From assembly GCA_010093705.1 (NCBI GenBank), contig MU006095.1, positions 744,001 through 808,000 of the forward strand: DNA of 64,000 nucleotides. Direction: 5' to 3'. The stretch is from Patellaria atrata CBS 101060 (lineage: Eukaryota). The translations under genes were made by a program, and so were the position numbers. Shown in pieces: positions 55,425 through 64,000 of this stretch; within the stretch, counting starts at the first letter, position 1, and each line of letters opens with the position of its first letter. Under the pieces are notes generated by a model. The model ran no database searches and had not been told where the DNA came from. It saw only the letters and a list, made by a program, of their open reading frames with translations.

Positions 55425-56260
55425 CGTCTTCTTCATGCACGTACTATCAGCACGTGCCATACTAGCATGAAATGGTCCTCAAGATATTCTTTAAAAGGCG
55501 ATGAATGTTTTTGGTCATCTCCACAAAGACTAGGAATATAAGAAATTTAAATAGTTATCTAAGATCTCCGTGAAAATTCTCGCAGATTCATGTGCGATAT
55601 AAAATTTTTAGATGAGGTGGTGGAAGTTCAGTTCCTCATGTGCTGACATAAAGTCATGGGACAGAGCAAAAGTCATTATCTCCTAGAGCATTTTTCTCAG
55701 TTATACCAAAGAAGAATAAAAAATAAAATAGAGTATATTATTCTCCTTATCTAGAAGAGTAATCTTATAACCTTAGATTTTAAAAATATTTATTAGGGGG
55801 TGGTACAATTCTACTAAACTGAAGGCATATTCGTAGTTTTGGTCGATTTTGCTGGTTGCTATCTCACAACTTTTGTCGCTGAGCTTGGACCTCAACTGAT
55901 CGGGAGAGTGTCGGGTCACTGAGTCTTGGCAGGAAACAACGGACATGTTCTCACGACTCTTTTAGATAGCTTCCTTTCCCTCTTCTATTTGTTCTTTCAG
56001 TCAATAGTACTGCTATTTTGTGCTTATGCTTCGAAGATACCCGCTGTGACACGTGTCAAATGTCTTTTTAGACCACTAGCACGAGTCCATACCCGAGCGT
56101 TGCTGCAAAAACCTTTCAAAGGACACAAACTTTTTTGGTCATCTACCTAACGGCTAGGAATAGAATTAATTCATATCGTTATCCATAATCCTGAAGAAAA
56201 TTCTCAAAGATTCGTGTGCTATATGAAAATTTTTAGATGTTGTGGTGAGTTTCACTTTTT
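55425..56260 (+). repeat. Diverged direct repeat (~55425-55635 vs ~56060-56260)
   Basis: Collinear shared blocks: agcacg..ccatac, tttttggtcatct, ctaggaata, gaaaattctc...agattc.tgtgc, aaaatttttagatg. Confidence 0.75.
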
Positions 56261-57090
56261 AAAAGCGGAAACGCGTTGAACGTCTTGTGGACTTTTTTTA
56301 CGTGAATGATCATTTACCATATGCCCGGGATCTAAGTGTGTAGGGTCATCGTTTCCCCTATTCACTTCATCTTCTACCTTTCGTGTCAAGTGAGTTCAGT
56401 CGTGACTTGCACGATCCCCCCACCATAAGTCTCGCAAGTACAAAATCACAAAAGCCCACTCGTACAGAACGGTCTGTGCGGTATCTAAAGGTGATTTTTT
56501 CCCAAGTACTTAAGGAAGCTAATACACCTCTACGAAAATATCTGCTTAACCGCCTTGCGGACCGATCGAGCCATGTTGACACATCGATATCTGCAGCGTC
56601 CCAGGCGAAAAAGAGTGTCCGTACAAGCCAGGAAGGCATATAAATCTCTGTGACTTATTTACCCCTCAGCTTCTCGAGAAATAGAAATAGAAGAGTACAT
56701 GTAATCAATATGCGGTATACGACAAGGGAAACTAGACCCAACTGATCGTCTATCTTTTATCTCTATTTACTTACGACTTCCTCAGTGATCCGGCTTGAGT
56801 CCTGTCCTGGGGCAACTCGACAGTCAAACCGTGTATAATCAGACAAGCTCGCGTGTTATTCTCATTGCTGAGTTGTCTTCCTTTTGCTCATAGTCGCACC
56901 AATTGTGATAATTTACTGGCTCAGCATGGAGAGTAATTCGCCAGATAATACTCTTCACGCTTTCACTATACTTGCTCCTTCCACACTTTTCTTCGTTATA
57001 TCTATGTTCTTCCTCAACTTGTTCACGGTAGGCCACTTGGGCGTTGCGTATTGCACAGCACTAGTAGTTTTTCCATTATTAGCAATTTAA
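56060..57090 (+). pseudogene. Decayed DUF6594-like membrane-protein gene
   Basis: CLFRPLARVHTRALLQK resembles the IFRRFxxLHxRxLL motif. The terminal hydrophobic helices end in VAYCTALVVF, like the AYxAVLVVF end motif. Stops and frame breaks lie between them. Confidence 0.45.
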
Positions 57091-57469
57091 GCGACCAATA
57101 TCTTGTTCTTAATACGAATTCTGCTTGAACATAATGATAGCTTATCTTCTATCTCAGGCTCGAAGGGTTAACATTACCTGTAGAGGGGCTCAGACATCTT
57201 AGGCTATACCTCAAGCCTGGACTGTATATGTCCTGTTACATTTCGAATTTTGATTTCCATCTATTCTTTTGATGACAATTACAATGATTCTTCTACCAAT
57301 ATCCTAAACTTAATAGCACCAAACCACCAAAAGTCTCATGCATATATCTTAGTCGCCGATGCTGATGCCCTATGCTCCACACCTATGCCCGGAGAGCCTC
57401 AAAATCCCAATCAAATACAAACCTATTAACACAGCTCATGTCTATCATCCCTCATCAAACACCTCATTC

Positions 57470-60400
57470 TCACCGTCTGTCCTTCCCCTTCTTATCTTTC
57501 TTCTTTCTCCTATCCGCCGGCGGCACGAATCTTACATGCCTCATCTCCCTCTCGATAGTGGTAAGCATATAATCATCAATATGTCGCATTAAGTCCATAT
57601 CTAACTTATTCGGATTCGTATCCTCTAATATGGGCGCATTCTCGGCCGCGGGCGTGGGTGGAATGCTTGTTTTCGGCGTCGTTGCGTTCGTCGCATTCCC
57701 GCTCTCATCGAAATCCGCATCGTCGAGCACAACTTCCTTCTGCGCGACCTGGGCCGCCTTGATATCTTCCTGATCTTCGACCTTCTCGAAAACCTGGCCA
57801 AGATCATTGACGTCACCGAGGACTCGATCCATAGCGGCGCCCGCTTCCTCATCCTCAGCAATACCGTCGTCAAGAGCATCCTTATATGTGAGCTTATTGA
57901 AATAGTCTGTAGTGAAGTCACCCTTTTGTATAATGACATCGTCGAGAAGGCGTTTCTGATTGCTCTTGCGGAGGATGTTAGCTTCGATCGTGTATTCGCT
58001 GACGAAGCGGTAGATATGCACGTCGCGTGTCTGGCCGATACGATGGCAACGGTCTTGACATTGTTTGTCCATGGCGGGATTCCAGTCCAGGTCGTAGAAT
58101 ATGACGGTATCAGCGCCGGTAAGGTTAATGCCAAGACCCCCTGAGCGAGAGGAGAGGATGAAGGCGAGGATGCGAGTGTCGTTGTTGAAGCGGTCTGTGA
58201 GCGCTTGACGTTGTTCTACTTTAGTCATTCCGTCTAAACGAAGGTACCGGTGCCCGTGGATGTTGAGAAATTGTTCGAGGATGTCGAGGACTTTGGTCAT
58301 TTGTGTAAAGATTAAAGCACGATGACCGCCCGCTTGAAGCTCCCGTAGAAGTTTATCGAGACGTTGGAGCTTGCCACAGTCATATTGCAGAAGTCTTTTG
58401 TCTGGAAACGCTATGGATAGTCGGACACGAGCTTCGTGGTATGGATCCGGGATCGGAGCGCTCTTTGGCTGCATGCTTCGAATTTGGTCAAGCCCACGGG
58501 CGGAGAGCTTAGCGTTTAAGGGCCCTAGGTCGCACGTGATGACTGCTGGAGTTACAAAGCCAAACTTGGAGACGAGAGTATTTAGGGGTTCAGCACGTTC
58601 TTCTAACGTCGGTATCAGTTCTCGCCCGGCCGTGAATGTATTTAGATAGTCCTCAACCCTCCGTATTGGACGTGCTGGATGCCGAGAAACCAGTCGATCC
58701 TGGAGGTTGAGATAAAGATGCTGTAACAAGCCAGATCCATATATTGGCTTTTTCTGGAACCGTTGCCTGTTGATAGAGATATAACTACGGAGACGATCAA
58801 GTTGAGACGTAGCAGATAATGTTTGTAGGTGAGTTGACACGGACTGTAGTGATAATCCGACAAGCTTGTCAGAGAGTGTTAGTCGCTTACTACTGCGTTC
58901 CACAAGATCTGTCAGTGGCCAATACGCCTCGATCCTTTGGCTTCGATAGAATCGTGACATAGAAGTCTCTTCGTTAGAAACTGGCTTCAGATTCAGCGCT
59001 TCCAAGTTGATACTTTCCCACTGGTTCTCTTCGAGCATTCGTTTTCGGACGAGGAAGTCTTTTATTTCGAAGTCCGCGATGACGGACCGAGGCATTGCAA
59101 ATGAAGTAACTATCTGTCGAGTTTCAAATAGATCGGGGTGATTGCAGACCTTCCGAAGTGACATCAAACAGTTAATGATACTTAAGTAATTTCCGCCTGA
59201 TAGGATGGCCTTAGTATCAGTGCGACCCATATAAGCGTCATAAAGTTGACGTTGCCGCTTGGACAAACGACAGTATACTATATGCTCGTACTTCGCCGGC
59301 ATTTGCTTTTCTACATCAGCTTTAAGCCTACGTAGGAGATATGGGCGAAGGATCTCATGGAGTTCATTGACAATCTTCTGAGCTTGCGCATCGAGTGCTT
59401 GCCGGCCTTGATCGAGGATTTGGTTCGCAGGACGATGAAGAGCGGTGACCCATTTCTCAAGGTCTGTGAATTGGTTCTTCCCCTGAGAATCTGGAGGCAT
59501 TAAGAAGTATAAAAGTGACCATAGCTCCGATAAGTTATTTTGCAGCGGAGTACCAGTCAACAGCAACCGACGTTGAGTCCTGAAATTGAGAAGTGTTTGC
59601 CATCTCTGCGTCTTGAAGTTTTTGATATTATGCGCTTCATCAAGTATCAAATAAGTCCACGGCCGTTTCTTGAACGCGGCGGCATCTTTGAGGATTAGTT
59701 GATATGAGGTGATTACCACATTCCACATGTCATCGTTCAGCCACCCTTGGCGCTTCTTCTGACGTTCAAGGATGTCTCCATAATACGTCAAGATTCTGAA
59801 ACCCGGACACCATTTTTTGAATTCCATCTCCCAGTTCAACATCACGCTTGTGGGAACTACAATGAGATGGGGGCCCCAGACGTGTTTTTCAACAGCAAGA
59901 TGTGCAAGGAGTGAAATAGTTTGGATAGTCTTTCCCAGTCCCATTTCATCCGCAAGAATCCCATTGGTCTCGGCAGCATAAAGACCAGCCAACCAATCCA
60001 ATCCGTGGTGCTGATATTCTCTCAATGTGCCCCTTAATAAGGACGGGATGGATGTCTTAACGGGTTGGACTGTCCTGGGAAGAGGTATGACGGTCTCCTC
60101 CTCGTCCATGGACTGATTATCACCTGTAGCATCCGACTTGGGAGCATTGTGGCTGAGGGGAGGTGTGGCCTCAGGGGGAAGTCTCCATGAAGGAGAGACA
60201 GATTGCTTATTTTTGGGAGGTGCTGCTCCGGGACTCAATGCTGAAGTATCGTCGGCATGTACCCCGTTTATCTCTTCCCGTTGTACGGGGTTTGTGGTAG
60301 TTGCTTCTGTCGTATCGTTCAGTCCGGATGATTCGGGACATTTCCGTTCCTCCACTTCTATCGCGTCGGAGTCATCTGGGCCTACTTGGCTAGCTTTCAG

Positions 60401-62614
60401 GTTCCTGCGTTCCTTGACGCCGAAGAATCCAGCTAGGCCAACATCTTCTTCTTCAGATTCATCACTAGGAGAATCTCCGTCCATATCCGTGTCATCATCC
60501 TCGTCGCTCTCAGTTGGAATTGAGTCGTCATCATCCTCGTCTATTAGAGCGTCATCAACATCATCCATTACAACGTCGGCCGGATTGATACTAGACTTCA
60601 AAGCAATAATTTCACCTTCTTCATCGTCATCCCTTTCTGCTGCTTCGGCTCTTTCAGTTCCCTCAGCTTCCTTGGTAACTGAGAATTCTCCGTCATCCTC
60701 AGTTTCTTTACCCCCTTTGCCTTTGTCGTCAGGTTGCTCATCCAAGTCCATACCACTCGGTTCGGGCCCATCAGACATCGGTGTTCGAGGAGTTGATCCA
60801 ACATCTTGCTCTTCATCATCCGTTGCCTCTGGCTCCTCTACTTCTGATCCCTCTAGCTCCTCTATCTCCACCGTGTCTGGTGGTTGTGAATATATTGTCT
60901 TTCCAGCTACCGAACCGTACTTGGCGCGTAATTCCTCCATTGACAATCCCTCATCTTCATCTACACCATCTTCGTCCTCGGTTTCATCTTCAGATGACAT
61001 ATTCTCTGAGTCTGACTCAGCATCGTCCGAATTTTGCGCATCATCCTCATTGACGTCATCATCATTTTCTGGATTAATGAAACCATCGTTCTGGGGCAAT
61101 TCGAGAACACCTCCCTCGTTATCTTCAGATTCGTCATCATCATCATCACTACTTTCTCTATCCCCATCTTCCTCAATGATATTCGAAACCTCCCGGTTCA
61201 ACTGTTGTGTGAGACGAATCTTGGAGTGATCGAGCATATTGTGCATATCCTGACGTGCCTCAGCTTGCTGTTGTTCTTCCCATTGCTCGAATCTTTGTCT
61301 ATTGACTTCACCCCTGACGTTTTCCCAGATCTGATGCATGTCCTTGACCACCTGCTTATATCGCTTCTGAGCATATCCATACTCCTCATTCCACACTTCA
61401 TTATCAGTACGTGGGCGTCGAGGACTATGAACAGCTTCTATGGCCAGGCGCTTTGCCAGACCCATATGTCTTTTTTGCTCCTGACTCATGAGCTCTTGGA
61501 GTCGAATTGCATGCGTGACGACGTGAGACCAATGGCCGTATTGTTTAAGGGGCTCCTCTTGGGGGTCATCGTCATAGATCTCACATTTCTCGACGCTGAG
61601 AACGCCCCCTGGCTTTGCCGCTTCGAGTATGTTGTCTCTGATATCCGCCTCTTTCTTCGCATTTTCGGGAAGGATCCCAGCTCTCACTTCTCCTTTATCA
61701 AATTCCTCGCTCTCGTACCACTCCTTGAACGATTCATGTTTTCGAGCGGACGGTATTTGGTTGACGTGGAGACGGGTGGGGACTTTAACGGTAGGCATAC
61801 GAAGCCTTAATCGGGGCCCACGCCTAGGACTGTCGTTGTCCATAGCCTGCGATGGTGATGGTTGTATGGATGCGGACTGCACTTCAATTGTGGAAGCCAT
61901 ACTGACTTTCCGCGGTCTTCCTGGTCCTCTTTTAGGTGTTGAAGGGGACGGATTCGCTCGTGAAGAATGAGGAGATGGTTTTTGGCGAGACGAGTCCGCT
62001 CGTGAATGCGCTGGAGTACTGACTTGCTTACTTGACGAAGCTCTCGTTGGATTTGACCTTGATGCTGGTGTCTTGAAGGTTGCCTGAACAGTGTTGGTGT
62101 CAACAGCACGCGTTTTCCTTGTAGACTGACGAGCCAATGGTGAAGAAGTTATATTATGCCCATTCTGCAGCGCACCATTCTTTTTACGCCCAGAATTTGA
62201 AACTACCTCAGTATTTGTGCCCCTACTCGATCTTTTGTTTGCGACAGGCGGGGGTGTATCAACGAGCGCATTCCTACGTGTAGACTTGCGAACCCCGTCT
62301 ACAACCACAGATGACGGTCCTTCTGCGACTGCTAATTTCCAAGGAGGCGATGCGGCCCGTGAAAGTGACTTTGATCTATGTCCCAGATCGTCAACTCGAC
62401 GCCGCTTCACTGGACGTTCAGCTTTTTCTTCGCCTTCCACCTCGACACTTTCTTTTTCCTCTTCTTGATTCTCATTGTGAAACCCATTTGTATATATATA
62501 ATTAGAATCTCCGTTCAGGGTTGTCGGTTGTGAGGGCGATTGTGCCGGTTCTACAGACGCGGTATTGTTTGCGTTGTCATGATCGTGGTTAGAAACGTTC
62601 GCGCCTTCTGGCAT
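57470..62614 (-). CDS. SWR1: SWR1 chromatin-remodelling ATPase (H2A.Z deposition)
   Basis: HSA-like region, acidic linker, GILADEMGLGKT, LDEAHNIKNF, split-ATPase insertion, FPDKRLLQYDCGKLQ and QCQDRCHRIGQ. Start taken at MPEGA; upstream in-frame ATGs exist. Confidence 0.95.
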   Translation of the reverse strand: MPEGANVSNHDHDNANNTASVEPAQSPSQPTTLNGDSNYIYTNGFHNENQEEEKESVEVEGEEKAERPVKRRRVDDLGHRSKSLSRAASPPWKLAVAEGPSSVVVDGVRKSTRRNALVDTPPPVANKRSSRGTNTEVVSNSGRKKNGALQNGHNITSSPLARQSTRKTRAVDTNTVQATFKTPASRSNPTRASSSKQVSTPAHSRADSSRQKPSPHSSRANPSPSTPKRGPGRPRKVSMASTIEVQSASIQPSPSQAMDNDSPRRGPRLRLRMPTVKVPTRLHVNQIPSARKHESFKEWYESEEFDKGEVRAGILPENAKKEADIRDNILEAAKPGGVLSVEKCEIYDDDPQEEPLKQYGHWSHVVTHAIRLQELMSQEQKRHMGLAKRLAIEAVHSPRRPRTDNEVWNEEYGYAQKRYKQVVKDMHQIWENVRGEVNRQRFEQWEEQQQAEARQDMHNMLDHSKIRLTQQLNREVSNIIEEDGDRESSDDDDDESEDNEGGVLELPQNDGFINPENDDDVNEDDAQNSDDAESDSENMSSEDETEDEDGVDEDEGLSMEELRAKYGSVAGKTIYSQPPDTVEIEELEGSEVEEPEATDDEEQDVGSTPRTPMSDGPEPSGMDLDEQPDDKGKGGKETEDDGEFSVTKEAEGTERAEAAERDDDEEGEIIALKSSINPADVVMDDVDDALIDEDDDDSIPTESDEDDDTDMDGDSPSDESEEEDVGLAGFFGVKERRNLKASQVGPDDSDAIEVEERKCPESSGLNDTTEATTTNPVQREEINGVHADDTSALSPGAAPPKNKQSVSPSWRLPPEATPPLSHNAPKSDATGDNQSMDEEETVIPLPRTVQPVKTSIPSLLRGTLREYQHHGLDWLAGLYAAETNGILADEMGLGKTIQTISLLAHLAVEKHVWGPHLIVVPTSVMLNWEMEFKKWCPGFRILTYYGDILERQKKRQGWLNDDMWNVVITSYQLILKDAAAFKKRPWTYLILDEAHNIKNFKTQRWQTLLNFRTQRRLLLTGTPLQNNLSELWSLLYFLMPPDSQGKNQFTDLEKWVTALHRPANQILDQGRQALDAQAQKIVNELHEILRPYLLRRLKADVEKQMPAKYEHIVYCRLSKRQRQLYDAYMGRTDTKAILSGGNYLSIINCLMSLRKVCNHPDLFETRQIVTSFAMPRSVIADFEIKDFLVRKRMLEENQWESINLEALNLKPVSNEETSMSRFYRSQRIEAYWPLTDLVERSSKRLTLSDKLVGLSLQSVSTHLQTLSATSQLDRLRSYISINRQRFQKKPIYGSGLLQHLYLNLQDRLVSRHPARPIRRVEDYLNTFTAGRELIPTLEERAEPLNTLVSKFGFVTPAVITCDLGPLNAKLSARGLDQIRSMQPKSAPIPDPYHEARVRLSIAFPDKRLLQYDCGKLQRLDKLLRELQAGGHRALIFTQMTKVLDILEQFLNIHGHRYLRLDGMTKVEQRQALTDRFNNDTRILAFILSSRSGGLGINLTGADTVIFYDLDWNPAMDKQCQDRCHRIGQTRDVHIYRFVSEYTIEANILRKSNQKRLLDDVIIQKGDFTTDYFNKLTYKDALDDGIAEDEEAGAAMDRVLGDVNDLGQVFEKVEDQEDIKAAQVAQKEVVLDDADFDESGNATNATTPKTSIPPTPAAENAPILEDTNPNKLDMDLMRHIDDYMLTTIEREMRHVRFVPPADRRKKKDKKGKDRR

Positions 62615-63015
62615 AGCCAGGGAGTCGACGGGTATCATGCAAGTGGAGACCCCCTCTAGGCACACGAAAACAGCATCAAATGTTTTGAATTTGATATCAT
62701 TCAAAAGTCCGCATCGAGTTCAGTCCGAAACCGTTGTCATAAGTGAGACGGCAGGTCTGTAGCAGGTCGTAGCGACGATTTGGTGCCTTCGCGTGTATGA
62801 TTTAGTGTTGATGCCTTTTCATTTTCCTCCGAGACTTTTCGGTACAGTTAGCGTCTTGGCTTTGACGGGAATGCTGACTGACCCGATAGCGAAGGACCTC
62901 ATCTTAAGGTGGACCTCCACAGGGAGCTATTATCGCAAAAAACAACGGGATTGAGAGGTGCAGTATACTCCTTTGCTCTTCTCAGTCTTATATTGTTGTT
63001 AATACGATGTACTAG

Positions 63016-63600
63016 ATGTTGTCCAGACGAATTGCGCTAGCGCGGCCCCTCACGCGTGCTCTACGGCCAGGAATCCTCTTACCCCGAACCACCTTCATTC
63101 AGCGCAAATATGGCAGTAAGACAGATGGGGTGGATCCCAGCCTGGCGGATCCCGACTTGGTCTGATTTTCCAAAAGAACGATTTGGGCCCCAGCTGACCA
63201 TACCACAGAACGGTGGATATGTCAATCCACCAGCTATCAAACGCCAACACCGTGATCCCTACGCCGACTGGTGGGACCCCGTAGAGCGACGCAATTTCGG
63301 CGAACCAGTCCACGAAGACAATGACGTACTAAATATCTTCACACCCCATGACTATGATCACTTCTCGTTTGGATGGTCCGTCGTACTCGTGTCAACGTTC
63401 GTCGGGAGCATTTTCGCTCTTTGTGGGGTGGTATATATGTACTATCCGGATATACCAGCTATTCCACGATCATTCCCGGGAGGATTAGATATTGAACTAG
63501 GCGGAGCGGGGGCACTAAGGGTGAGCTGGAGAAAATTGAGCTGAAAGAATGGATGCTAACATATATATAGGCGAGGAAAGAGGACGATCCTTTGGACTGA
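63016..63600 (+). CDS. NADH:ubiquinone oxidoreductase subunit NDUFB8/ASHI-like
   Basis: Presequence MLSRRIALARPL; introns 63160-63208 and 63521-63570. Motifs RQHRDPYADWWDPVERRNFGEPVHED, one TM helix and PGGLDIELGG. Confidence 0.85.
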
Positions 63601-64000
63601 ATTCACGGGCACTGGCAATTGTACATATACCAAGGAGAACGGAAATACATTTCTTTGATATTGAATTTTATATTGATTGATCGTCTCCAGAGATACTAAT
63701 TCAGGCTATAAAGCTATGTTAATAACATTTCCTATAGCGATTACACCAGAGAGTTTCACTATACCTGCAAGTGGCAACATCATTCGTTACACTACTAGTA
63801 CATCCCATTCCGCTAATGTGGGCAAAGCAATACATTATGAACGGTATATCCAGGTTACCCAAACGCCTACAATGCGAGATATACAACCCTACCTTATCAA
63901 TGCCCTACGCCGCCAGCAACCCAGTTAGGAAATTCTGGATCCCCAGGAGGAGGGAATAGACCTCTATTCTCTTGTCCTGCTGGGGGATTCTCGCCTGCTG

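Overview
Gene-dense, intron-containing eukaryotic DNA from a filamentous ascomycete (short GT-AG introns with CTRAC/CTAAY branch points). About 24 protein-coding genes can be modelled by hand. Conserved genes: NOC2 (3' end), RAX1, MSK1, TIM10, GWT1, an Sfr1/Mei5-like gene, GLR1, ATP20, ROK1, a BOI1-like gene, SWR1 and a complex I NDUFB8-like subunit. Others: two 2OG-Fe(II) dioxygenases, a DUF1479/YbiU-like oxygenase divergent from an intracellular GH1 beta-glucosidase, a bZIP and a Zn2Cys6 transcription factor, an SP-RING protein with an 18-bp coding repeat spanning an assembly gap, a GT31 glycosyltransferase and several orphans. No intact transposon, rRNA, tRNA, CRISPR or secondary-metabolite backbone gene was seen. 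The main signals the ORF track misses are: (i) a tandem pair of stop-interrupted paralogues with a stand-alone copia-protease-like beta-barrel motif at 34.9-36.4 kb; (ii) a decayed, partly duplicated DUF6594-like locus at 55.4-57.1 kb; (iii) recurrent GC-rich islands whose skew flips from C-rich to G-rich, in genes and intergenic DNA; (iv) an orphan gene that appears to be split by a G>C splice-donor change. Family assignments come from motif recognition by eye, not from database searches.
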